From NCBI RefSeq assembly GCF_001194135.2, contig NC_068985.1, forward strand, positions 105,130,983 through 105,163,383: DNA of 32,401 nt, given 5' to 3'. The notes under the pieces were generated by a model. It was given only the letters and a program-made list of their open reading frames with translations. It did no database searches and was not told the origin of the DNA. This stretch comes from Octopus bimaculoides (lineage: Eukaryota). Shown piece after piece: positions 9,250-20,063 of this stretch; position 1 is the first letter of the stretch, and each line of letters begins with the position of its first letter. A program made the position numbers and the translations under genes.

Positions 9250-10850
9250 GAGTCCTGGTCATCTACAGCAGCAAGAAGGGTCTCTAGCCGTAATGGTTTT
9301 TTTGTTCCACTAGGTCAAGGTTCTTTCTGCCGAGAGAGCGCGAGTGTTCTTGTACAACAGCTCTCGACACTTAAAACAACTACACGCACAGGTACCTGCC
9401 CTTCTCAGCCTTCCAGAATTGTCAACCTCAAGTTCTGCAGAGAGAGGGGAGTGGCGAGAGGGACAGGTGGCAGTAACCACTAGAAGTACTAGTCACAAGC
9501 CTGCACGTAGACAGCCTGCAGACCATCGGTCGCTTTTCTTCGTATTGGACATCGGAGAATTTCAGCAGCATCCCAGGTGATTGAGCAGCCTTTTTGGGGC
9601 AGCACTGCTCACCCTAGTAAGGAAGCAGCCTAGAAAACATAGCCAGACTCCTTTCAGCCAAATACAGTAGGAGTTCCAGTCCAACCTTGATGACGAGTTC
9701 GAGATGATAGGATCACCAACTGGTGGACCAGAAGAAAAGTAGAACCAGTTCAAAAAAGTCTTCACAGAGACTGGTTTGATGGCGACGACGCCTAGTTGAT
9801 CTGTCCGTATTAATAGCTGCATACCCTGTCCTAACCAATAATGCTTCTGGATTCTCTGTCTGTAGAATACTGGTTTTCTCATCTATGTCGAAGGGAAACG
9901 CAGCCACTAACCAGCAGATTTTGACTTCTGGTGATACGTTTAGTATTCTTACTTTGAATACCCTTCGAATAAGGTAAATGAGGATGCGGGTGAGTTCGTC
10001 ACTCGTTAGGGTGACTGTTGAGTGATTTTTGGCCTCCTCCTTTGAGGCGAACCTCACTTCGACAGTCCCAGATTTTCCCCCATGGCTATATAGGTTTTGC
10101 TCTTCCAAACTGGTCGTAAACATTTTTCAATCTGCTGGTGCATTGCCTGCTCTACTTTTCTTTTTGCTTCACTTCTTTCATATAGAACTGTCTGCAAATT
10201 AGTTTCTTGGTGGATAGATCTAGGAACATTCTCCAACATTTCTCCAACATACATTTTGCACTTTTAAGTTCATTTTCGTTTATAAAAATGTCTTCACATA
10301 CTTGTCGCTTCGCGTCGGCAAAACCTCTCACAACGGATTTGCATGGTTCTTTTTTCTTGTTCTTGTTTTTTTCGTTAATGATGTTGTTGTTGGTGGTGGT
10401 TTGCTGTTGCCACTGGCGGTGGTAGTGGAGGTGGCAATATTCTCGCTAGTGTTTTTGCTTTTTGTGGTCATTGATCGCTACTGTTGTTCCTGTAATGGTT
10501 GTTCTGAGATTTTTAGCATCAGAAAGTTACTTTCACACATTTCACGTACTATATTGTCGCTGTAGCTGTTTCTGGTGCTGCTGCCACTACTGCTGCCACT
10601 ACTGCTGCCACTACTGCTGCCACTACTGCTGTTACTGACTTTTTCAATTTGGCTGTTCTGTTCTGCGGATACCTAGCTGTCCTTTTCATCGTACGAATGA
10701 TCCTTTTTTAAGCAAAAATTGAGCCGTGTCTTTGCTAAACAATCCCTAAATTAGCCTCTAAGGGCTACAGATGGAGAAATAATAACCAACTTCTTAAGAT
10801 CCTGGTTATTTATCTTATAAGGATAAAGAAAGTTCAATATATAACTTTGT
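9250..10850 (-). mobile_element. Second, diverged L1/Tx1-type element represented by a disrupted ORF1 only
   Basis: ATG at 10689 gives MKRTARYPQNR...SSSGSSSG. The segment IEKCLRPVWKSKTY...GTVEVRFASKEEAK...KVRILNVSPEV is homologous to the ORF1 remnant at 8900-8690. No RT detected. Boundaries approximate. Confidence 0.7.
10579..10631. repeat. 12-bp tandem repeat (TGCTGCCACTAC) x ~4.4
   Basis: Exact units at 10579, 10591, 10603 and 10615. Encodes SSSG repeats in the minus-strand ORF1 frame. Confidence 0.95.
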
Positions 10851-10928
10851 GTTACAATATGAATAACAATAAACTTACGGGAGCGATGTGGAATGCGTGT
10901 CGATAGACGAACAAGAACAAGAACAAAA

Positions 10929-10930
<2 letters not shown>

Positions 10931-10963
<33 letters not shown>
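10931..10963. repeat. (ATT)n microsatellite at the 3' end of the adjacent SINE
   Basis: About 11 units. Confidence 0.95.
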
Positions 10964-10965
<2 letters not shown>

Positions 10966-11176
10966 TCTTCCTACTAAAGATACAAGGCCTGAAATTTTGG
11001 AAGAGGAGACTAGTCCACTACAGCGACCCCAGTACTCGAGAGGTACTCTTTTTATCAACCCCGAAAGGATGAAAGGCAAAGTCGAACTCGGCAGAGTTTG
11101 AACTCAGAACGATGTCGGATGAAATGCTGCCAAGCATTTTGTCTAGCACGCTAACGATTCTCCCAGCTCGCCGCCG
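10964..11176 (-). mobile_element. Full-length SINE family B copy with a third tail type
   Basis: Family B head and core, with tail CAAAATTTCAGGCCTTGTATCTTTAGTAGGAAGAATT(AAT)n. Confidence 0.88.
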
Positions 11177-11178
11177 GT

Positions 11179-11350
11179 AATGATAATAATAATAATAATG
11201 ACGATGATGATGATGATCATCATGATCATGATNNNNNNNNNNNNNNNNNNNNNNNNNNNNNNNNNNNNNNNNNNNNNNNNNNNNNNNNNNNNNNNNNNNN
11301 NNNNNNNNNNNNNNNNNNNNNNNNNNTCATCATCATCATCACCATGATGT
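11179..11350. repeat. (AAT)n/(GAT)n/(CAT)n microsatellite spanning gap 11233-11326
   Basis: Trinucleotide runs on both sides of the gap. Confidence 0.85.
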
Positions 11351-11647
11351 TAGTGGTGATAATGGTGATTTTCTTCAGTTTCAAATAACTTACCGGATTG
11401 CTATCTTGACATTACGGTTACATATATTTTGAGAAAATGTTACTGAGAATGAAATATGCGCTAGATCACTAATGATAAAAACCAAATGGAAATGGTGATA
11501 TGCTTTCTGTTTTTTTCTATTTACAAGTTGCTATTTGTCAATGTTTCTGCTGATTAAAGAAGCACAATATAACAAGATTTACCATATTTAATTGTGTATA
11601 ATTCGCATATAATTTTGTAGTTTGTTTATAATTTTATACTTGATTTT

Positions 11648-11795
11648 AACCGAAAAAAACCGGGGTGCGACTAATACATAGAGCAAAGCTAAAATTATGA
11701 AAGCAAATAAATAAAGAAAATAAAATAAAAAAAAACGCGTCTGCCGAGATTAAACATTAAATTAGGGGTGCAACTTATATACGGATAAATACATT
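11648..11795. mobile_element. Possible degenerate end of a Tc1/mariner (pogo/Tigger-like) DNA transposon
   Basis: GGGGTGCGACTAATAC and GGGGTGCAACTTATATACGGATAAATAC resemble pogo-type subterminal and terminal repeats as I recall them. No partner end found. Confidence 0.3.
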
Positions 11796-12203
11796 AAATA
11801 TTGTAGCTTATTGTCTCTACAAGAGCAAAGTAATTTTATAAAGTTTCATAATGATTTATAGATATATGGAGGTAAAATTAACCGCTCATATGTTATTTTT
11901 TTCCACTCCCAGGAAACTTCTGGAAAAACAGCAATTACAAAAATTAATTCACAAAGAAACTTTTTCGTTTAAAACCATCATAATGTTGTAACTGCTCAAA
12001 AGCTTCATAAATTAGTAAGGCGACTACATTTTCCCCTTAAAAGCATAACGTAACAAACTTAAATATTGTAGTATAATCAAACTGTCCCTTCAACAAGAGC
12101 AGAACAATTGTATAGTTTTGTAATAATTTAGAAAAACTTGGCGGTACATGTATGCACATGTGTCTGTTATTTTGTTTTTACCGTAGAGTAATAATGGTAA
12201 AGA

Positions 12204-12591
12204 GGAGGCGCAATGGCCCAGTGGTTAGGGCAGCGGACTCGCGGTCATAGGATCGCAGTTTCGATTCCCAGACCGGGCGTTGTGAGTGTTTATTGAGCGA
12301 AAACACCTAAAGCTCCACGAGGCTCCGGCGGGGGATAGTGGTGAACCCTGCTGTACTCTTTCACCACAACTTTCACTCACTCTTACCTCCTGTTTCTGTT
12401 GTGCCTGTAATTCAAAGGGTCAGCCTTGTCACACTGTGTCATGCTGAATATCCCCGAGAACTACGTTAAGGGTACACGTGTCTGTGGAGTGCTCAGCCAC
12501 TTGCACGTTAATTTCACGAGCAGGCTGTTCCGTTGATCGGATCAACTGGAACCCTCGACGTCGTAAGCGACGGAGTGCCAACAAACAACAA
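12204..12591 (+). mobile_element. Full-length tRNA(Arg)-like SINE, tail type 1
   Basis: A and B boxes, GGACTCGCGGTC anticodon-arm relic, tail CTGGAACCCTCGACGTCGTAAGCGACGGAGTGCCAACAAACAACAA. Reverse complement of 5133-5507 with scattered differences. Confidence 0.93.
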
Positions 12592-12993
12592 TAAAGCTAT
12601 TTTGACCAATAGTGATCCTGATAGGAACATAGGTTTTTCATTTGAAAAAAAAAATGTGCAGCTGTTCAAACTCTCGTATATCGGCTGAGTGATTTTATTC
12701 TACCTAAAATAGTTCGAATTTACAAGAGTCTCTTACAATTAATCTTTTCTAGTCTTACGAAATTGCAACTCATCAATTATCACGATTCTGTTCTTCCTTA
12801 CCAGCAGCTAATTTTACTCATAATAATGAAAAATTGCATCCCCACTCTATCCAAAATCTATATGAGTTATCAACAGTATTTGAAATAAACATAATTTCAA
12901 GACTTTGGTCAGAATCGAAACGATGTCTAAAAGACGCCATAGAATGTAACTATTTATTCCCTGATTTCTCTTATGTATCTTCTTAGTCTGCAT

Positions 12994-13140
12994 CCGATGG
13001 GCGTCCACTCAGTTTCTGTCGATCAAATTTCACGTAGAAGGTATTGGTATAGGAAAGGACACTCAAATCATGTGAGGGTTCGATCCAGTAACCACGTGGT
13101 TGTAAAGCAAACTTTTTAACCACACAGCCGTGCCTGTATC
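12994..13140 (-). mobile_element. Degenerate head of SINE family C (CORE-like)
   Basis: TTTAACCACACAGCCGTGCCTG head and CAGTTTCTGTCGATCAAATTTCAC match 17778-18108. Confidence 0.7.
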
Positions 13141-14167
13141 CTGTTTTTTTTTTTTTTTTAGATATTGGAGAGTTGCAGGGTTTTATAGGGTTTGTATCAG
13201 ACTTTAAAAAAAATTTTTTTTCTCTCGCTATTTTCGATGACGTGGTCCTTCCGTTTTTCGTTAAATGAATGATCTATGGCCAATGAATAATGATGTTACG
13301 ATGTTCAGGGATTGATTAGTATGTTGTATATTTAGATGTTGTTGTTTAACTCTATTTTAACCTTGATACAGCAGATCTATAATCAAAGGTATTTCAGCGA
13401 CAGCTAGCTCGTCTTCTTTTAGGAATATGTAAGGCTAAATTATCTGATGGGTTCTGTAAGATAATATACCCTGCCACTTCTAGTAGGTTCTGAGGCCACA
13501 TAAAGGCTCTCATGCAGGTTCGTCTTAGGAAATGCTTGAGTTACTGGCTGCATTAACATAATACCACAAAGATGTGATTGGGTTTTTATGGTCTCTGGGT
13601 ATGTATTATTAATGCTACCACCATGAGCCGCTAGCACAGGGTTCCAGGATAAATGGTGATAATAAGAATAGCAACATCACTAACAATAAAAGCGCTATAG
13701 TTATACTATTTGGATAGCTTTTGACTCTCCTGAGTTCATCCACCCTTTGACAGGCTTTGTTTTTCGTCCTGTAAGGTGTCTAAGGTGTGTAATATTCTCC
13801 CTTTGCCTTGCAAAGGACTTTTGGAAGTCTTCCATAGTCACCAACATGAAAGTCCTCCAGTAGAGAATACATAGGCTATTCTAGTCGATGCACATAGTCA
13901 ATCCAGGCCATCGTCGCTCACACACTCAAATAGCCTTCTTCAAAAATCGAGAGTTGCTTTCATGCCAATGTGCTTGTCTTGGAGATGTACTACGGTGAGC
14001 GCCTAACAACATTCTAGATGCCAAATGTCCAATCTCGTTTTCCGCTTGAACTATGATTGTAGCTAGGGTACGAAGACGAATTGCAGAGAAACGTGTTGTA
14101 TGAAAGATGCCCTCACCAGTTGTCCCTAACACGAGATGGATTGACCTGTTGTGGCTAGATCTGTTGG

Positions 14168-14726
14168 AAGTATATAATGGTCATGATGTTAATTGAAACG
14201 TATGTGCGGCCGAGAAGCTTAAGGTACTGAACTTGACGGTCAATGTTTTGAATAGGAAGAAAGAAACATTTTCTTCTTGTTTTATTTCAAAGCATTCAAA
14301 TTAAGGCTAGCACAACTCACTACAGCTAATTCTTTCGTCACAGAACATCACTCCTCTCTTTATGATGATGTAAATAAACAGACCAAAACCAGTTGTCAAC
14401 TGTGTAAGGTATAAATATAAACACAAAGGCATACACATACAAACATACTCATATTCGACGAGATTCCACATATTTCCTGACTATTAAATTTACTCACAAG
14501 GCATTGTTCGGTCCTATTAGATAGAGCGTGGCCTCAAAGGTGCAAGTATATAATGGTCGTGGTAGTAACGGCAACTTTCGTTGAGAAGCTTAAGTTATCG
14601 AATCTGATAGTCAATGTTTTGAATAAGACGAACGTAAGATTTTCTTGTTTTCATGCATGGAAATTCAAATTAGATTCAACACAAATCACTACACCTAATT
14701 CTTTCGTCACAGAACGTTGATCCTCT
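14168..14726. repeat. Pair of diverged ~185-bp direct repeats (14168-14357, 14544-14726) flanking a SINE family C fragment (~14410-14543)
   Basis: Shared collinear blocks AAGTATATAATGGTC, GAGAAGCTTAAG, GTCAATGTTTTGAATA and CTAATTCTTTCGTCACAGAAC. Confidence 0.85.
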
Positions 14727-14908
14727 GATATTTTGTCCTTACTCATATAAGTGATGACTTACGAATGCTCAACAGAAACAATAATGGAGTCAATCTCCTT
14801 TGTCTGGAGAGCAGACTGCGGAGACCATGCCCGCTACAACCATCTCCAAGGCTTAGGTAGTAAAAAGACTGATTGGGTCGGTGATATGCAATTGACTGAA
14901 TGAAATAT

Positions 14909-15102
14909 CTCATTACATATTTCAATTGATTAAGTACTACGAGGTGTACCTTTGTGTCAAACCCATTTACATTTTACAGGTTGTACATTCTTTCAAACGT
15001 CGCTCATTACATGTTTCAATTTCAATTGATTAAGTAGTACGAGGTGTACCTATGTGTGAAACTAATTTAAATTTTACAGGTTGTACATTCTTTCAAAAGT
15101 CG
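14909..15102. repeat. Tandem duplication, units of 94 and 100 bp
   Basis: 14909-15002 and 15003-15102 share CTCATTACAT, TACGAGGTGTACCT and ATTTTACAGGTTGTACATTCTTTCAAA. The second unit has an extra TTCAAT. Confidence 0.93.
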
Positions 15103-15629
15103 GAACTAGTTCTTATACTCAGAAACTTTCGCAGTTAAACTTGTGAAACAATATTGTGTTTCTTAAAAAGAGAAATTACATCAACATGTTGTAGAGTGTG
15201 TTACCATTAAGCAATCGAATGATTATGCCGTGAATTTTCAAGGTTGTACATGGAAGACACAACCTGAGATTCGAGAGTTAACTTTGAGATTTGTGAATGT
15301 AAACACAACTCTTTGAACAAATATGACTCTCTTTTGATTGTCATTACCATTACTACTCGTGTCATTCAGTATCATATGTTTTCTTTCTTTTATTTTCTCC
15401 TTATTAATAATTTTAATTTTTTTTATTTACTACAATTTCAACTGGTCATATCTAAGTTTATGTAGCATTTTGTTGAATTACTTTTGATTCCTCACCATTG
15501 ATAATCTTAATTATAATTTAATTTCAATTATTACTACTTTACTTAGAAATATTTAAATTATATACCCTTAATTAGTCTCCTATTGTTTTGTTTAGTATCT
15601 GTATGTAGTTGATGTTTTGTGTGTTTGTG

Positions 15630-15780
15630 TGTTTTGTGTCTGTGTTTACGTTTGCCGTCGTAAAAGCCAGATTGAAATAAGTACTGGAGTCGATATCATT
15701 GATTAAACTCTTGAAGTGAGTATTCTAGTATAGCCTCAATCCTATATCTGAAGCTAGTAAACTAAAATAATGGCAATGAT
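15630..15780 (+). mobile_element. Degenerate 3' part of SINE family C
   Basis: GTGTCTGTGTTTACGT...AAATAAGTACTGGAGTCGAT resembles the tails at 17778-17940 and 21822-21935. Confidence 0.55.
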
Positions 15781-15989
15781 AAAGCAGCTGACCTTTCCAT
15801 GACATTCTCAAACATAATGTTAACTTCAATTAATACATAAGACCACCATAAAGAAGGAAACCCGAATGGCCACCACATACATCCCTTCTCCGATGTGATA
15901 AAAATCTCTTATTTAATCATAGCGAGAAACTACATAGAAATTACATAGAAATTGTTTTAGAGTAGAGTTTCTTACAAAGGGATACATTG

Positions 15990-16310
15990 TAGGGTTTCTG
16001 TTCAGTTTGAGGCTGTCTTACAGTAATTACTGTAGCATTACGTTTGATGTTAAAAATGTGATAATTAACCAAATGCTGATGTAGTGGACTGCTTTCATGT
16101 TAAGAACACTTTCGAGAAACTTTGACAGTTATTGTATATTACCGTGTGATAATACACTACAAGTTACGTAATCTCTAGAGAAATTAATCGTGGAGTAGTT
16201 GACAGAAGTCAAGTTCTTGCCGCCAACAGTAACCTTTAAGTAATTAGTAGTCCTTAGTGGAATGTCTGAAGGAACATCCTTGGCCCCATTATTGTTCATA
16301 AAAGCTCCCC
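15990..16310 (+). mobile_element. Ancient CR1/L2-group LINE reverse transcriptase relic
   Basis: Frameshifted fragments DRSQVLAAN and VVLSGMSEGTSLAPLLFI resemble the RQ.V..NG and SGVPQGSVLGPLLF RT motifs. Confidence 0.5.
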
Positions 16311-17160
16311 TAAGAGTAACAGATTATTATAACAACTAACGCTAATGATATTAAAATATGGACGAAAATCGACAGTTCTAATGGTGTAAAAACAAAGAGA
16401 AACATCAGTCCATTTTAAAACACGTATTTTGATACACAAGAACAAAAGATTAGTCTCAAAATCTAAATGTTTTGTAACTGGGAAATTATTAAGACACATC
16501 GTTTCAATTGTAAATTTATAAATTACTTATATGGTAATAATTCGCAGACAACTGGTCGATTGAATCCGAGAAACATATAGATTGAGAGAACTCAATCATG
16601 CATGCTCTATGGAACATAATTGTTTTCAGTCGTGTAGATTATTTCTCATGATTATTGTCTCCAGTGGTTCAAAATTGTAAATCTATATCCGTTAGAGAAA
16701 AGAAGTGAAGGAATATGTATTAATTTATACACGAGTAATCTTGGAACGAAATGCACAAAACCTTGATTTGATCGATCCCAGTTCATAAGAGGTGCTCATT
16801 TTATAGATCTCAATGAGATAACAAATTTGATAGGACAGAACTAAATATTATAAAGCCCACTCCACCACCAGCAATACGACGTAATCAAGTAATTTACTTA
16901 AATATATTGATTTATAATTGAATTTAAAGTTTGATCGTACTGGTTACTTTCAATATGAAACAGTTTTTGTTACTATAACAATTTTGCATGGTGAAGAGGT
17001 TGAATACTATAGCCAATGTTTTATTTTTCAGTGTTTATTTACTATCCTTTAAGTTTCCAGTTCAAATTCCGTTGAGGTTAAAGGTGCCTTAATCGTCCAC
17101 ACCAAATGATCACTAATTATATAGTGAAGCCGATTTAATGGACTGTATCCCTCTTTGTGT

Positions 17161-17488
17161 GGAAGCGCAATGGCCTAGTGGTTAGGGCAGCGGACTCGCA
17201 GTCGGAGGATCGTGGTTTCGATTCCCAGACCGGGCGTTGTGTGTGTTTATTGAGCGAAAACACCTAAAGCTCCCCGAGGCTCCGACAGGGAGCGGTGGCG
17301 ACCCCTGTTGTACTCTTTCGCCCCAACTTTCTCTCACTCTTTCTTCCTGTTTCTTGAGTAAAGCTGCGATGGACTGGCGTCCCGTCCAGCTGGGAAGGAG
17401 GGAACACATACGCCATAGAAACCGGGAAACCGGGCCCATGAGCCTGGCTAGGCTTTAAAAGGACGTATAAATAAAATAAAAATAAAAA
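17161..17488 (+). mobile_element. tRNA(Arg)-like SINE with the same ~194-nt head as 12204 but a different tail (type 2)
   Basis: Aligns with 12204-12397 up to CCTGTTTCT (17354), then continues GCTGCGATGGACTGGCGTCCCGTCCAG...GAAACCGGG...CATGAGCCTGGCTAGGCTTTAAAAGG with an (AAAAT)n end. Confidence 0.9.
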
Positions 17489-17599
17489 TCCATCTTTGTG
17501 GCCTTGTACCAATAATTTTTCAGGACATGCGCTATATCAAAAAATCAAAAACGAAACAAAAAACTTTTGTAACTTTGCTACCGCAATGTAAATATTATA

Positions 17600-17767
17600 A
17601 GTCAAATATATCGACCCCAGTACTTAACTGGTACTTATTCTATCGTTCACCGACAGGATGAATGGTCAAGTCGACCACGGTGGAATTTGAACTCAGAGCG
17701 TAAAGACGGACGAAATGCCACTAAGCATTTTGCCCGGCGTGTTACCGATTCTGCCAGCTCACCGCCT
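17600..17767 (-). mobile_element. SINE family B copy lacking the distal tail
   Basis: Family B head and core motifs. Confidence 0.9.
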
Positions 17768-17777
17768 TATATAATAC

Positions 17778-18108
17778 TTTAAAGCTGTGGCCATGCTGGT
17801 GCACCACCGTTGTAACTATAGTCGAACAAATCAACCCCAGTCTCTTTTGCGGAACCGCTAAGTTACGGGGGACGTAAACACACCAACACCGATTGTCAGG
17901 TGGTGGGGACAAACACAGACATAAAGATACACACACCCATATGACGGGCATCTTTCAACTTCCGTCTACCAAATCCACTGACAAGGCTTTGGTCGACCCT
18001 AGGCTATAGTAGAAGACACTTGCCCAAGGTGCCCCTCAGTGAGACTGAACCCAGAACCATGGGGCAGGGAAGCAAGCTTCTTACTACGTATAGAACAACA
18101 CCTGCGTC
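17778..18108 (-). mobile_element. Near full-length SINE family C (CORE-SINE-like)
   Basis: tRNA-like head with GGTTCAGTCTC B box, the CORE-like GCACCTTGGGCAAGTGTCTTCTACTATAGCC box, a short internal TG-rich segment and tail CCAGCATGGCCACAGC. Confidence 0.88.
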
Positions 18109-19465
18109 TGTCAAATATATTAAAATTTAGTAATTATACAAAGTTACTGCGGTCCCATTCCATGGTGTGTAATTAGTTTAAATTTAACTTAAATTTTAAA
18201 AAATCCCTTTAAAACTATTTAGGTTTTTAATATAATTAATAATAAATTGTAAATTTAAAAAAGAAACACAAAACAAAACTGATAATCAAATATGCCATCA
18301 GTCTCACAATATAAAACTTGTTTACGATCATATTTCATTGATGTCATTTATGGAATACGATTGCATTCTAAGATAACAACATAATATGAAAACGTTGTAG
18401 TCTGCATTAGATTATCTAATAATCTAGTAATATAATCCACAGTACATGTTTGTGTTGCCTTTGATTTGTTGGTGTCTCCATGTCATAAATATGATAAATA
18501 GTTTAAAGCGAATGATAAGCAAAAATGAAATATGACAACTACTTACTGAAGCAGCCAACAAAGTATAATTAAAATGATTATAAAAGGAAAATGATCGGCT
18601 ATATTTGCCTTTTTTGGCCCTCACAGCACATTCTTCTAGTAATCGCTTTGAAAATGAACTGTAAATTTTCGCGTCCAAGTTTTGCTGTAAGTTAATTTTC
18701 TGGTTTTATATCCCGCTATATTGTTATTTTGAATTATTCTATACCATTTATTCAATTAAACGCTAATGTTCTTAAAAACTTAGTAAATGAAAACTTTTCG
18801 GAAATGTATTTCAGTAAATTGAGCAAATAGCTTTTTTTCTCTTATCAATTTAAATAATAGATTATTTACCTACTTTTTTTCTATATTAGGTTAACTTAAA
18901 TGCAATATCAGAATGTAGTAAGAGATTTGACTGTTGATGATTAAAATTAAGAAGCAATGGAACAATCATTGAAGGAAGAGTGGTTTCAAATAAAAACTGA
19001 AGATATGTTATTCTGCTTGATGTGTTAGAGAAGGGAGTCAGTATTTTGCAGTTTGGTTTCATTTCCTAACTGCTGATAAATCTCCATATATGAAATACTT
19101 TTTTTATGCTTAGCCTTTAAAAGAAACGGATTAGAAAATCGTGCATCACAGCTACGTTCTATAAGACAAAGTTTTAGGGGTTCTTCTGTTCGATAAGTCA
19201 AGTTGAAAACAGAAACTGAAACCGGTCGTCGTATTGTTTCCTTTTATTAGCAAAATATGAGAAAATTATATAAAAAAACAGTCAACACTTTTTCAAAGAA
19301 ACCCCAACAACAACCTGCTGTTGAATTTGTCTGTCAGTCTATTCTCTTTAAGTTTCCATTATAATTGAATGAAAATCGCATTTACTTCAGTTCGAAGAGA
19401 TAAAAAGAAATAAATTTAAAATATATCAAAATTTGTACAGTTATTAGTATTAGAATTGTAAATCA

Positions 19466-19531
19466 GGCGGTGAGCTGGCAGAACCGTTAGCACGGCGGAC
19501 GAAATGCTTAGCGGTATTTCGTCTGTCTGTT
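19466..19531 (+). mobile_element. SINE family B head, truncated before the B box
   Basis: GGCGGTGAGCTGGCAGAACCGTTAGCACGGCGGACGAAATGCTTAGCGGTATTTCGTCTGTC. Confidence 0.9.
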
Positions 19532-20063
19532 ATTGAAAATTTATTGTTGGAGTGTGTTCGTAAAGTAAGTTTCTGTTAATTGTTATATCGTTATACCTCT
19601 TGTCGTGCCTATTGTTGGACTTATTGTTTAAAAATTGTATTACAGTTTTCTTTCGAAAGCTATCTGTGGTTTTCCCCTGTGGGGGAAAACATTATTTGCC
19701 GTCAAGATGCCGAAAAGTGTGTCTTCGTCGGGTGAAGATTCATCGACCGAGCGGGAAGCGAGGAAGATTGAAAGTCTAAATTTTGATAACGTTTCTGATG
19801 TTTCGGAAAGCGAATTCCCTGCATTACCAAAAGTTTCGGGTACCAAAAGAAATATAGAAGCAAAGACCATTCAAAATGAAGAAAGAAAAAGTTTTGCGTC
19901 AGCAGCTGGTAGTGGAACGCGACAGCTGTCAACTGACAAAAAAGAATTATTAAAATACAAGGAAATGATAACGGTACGAGAGGGAGTGGTAAAAGTGGAA
20001 ATAACAGAAGAACAATTAACGGCAGAAAAAAAAAACACAAAAAAAAACAAACTATTATTTTAA
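19532..20063 (+). mobile_element. Probable 5' end of a LINE (5' UTR plus ORF1 N-terminus), ending in an A-rich tract
   Basis: ATG at 19707 opens MPKSVSSSGEDSSTERE...SEFPALPK...KSFASAAGS... The EFPAL and SFA.AA motifs are typical of LINE ORF1 N-termini. The frame is open for ~118 codons in AT-rich DNA. Confidence 0.45.

Noticed and set aside
12204-12280. tRNA-Arg gene (also 5430-5507 and 17161-17235)
   Set aside because: A and B boxes are present but the acceptor stem and anticodon loop are not canonical, and each copy continues into a shared SINE body.
13290-14150. Short minus-strand ORFs (13440-13637, 13926-14132) as host exons
   Set aside because: No recognisable domain or coherent splice-phase chain. 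Probably an old repeat ending in AAC repeats near 13335, but I cannot classify it.
18424-18678. 84-aa ORF as a transposase fragment
   Set aside because: No DDE, HTH or zinc-finger motif recognised, and the length is compatible with chance.
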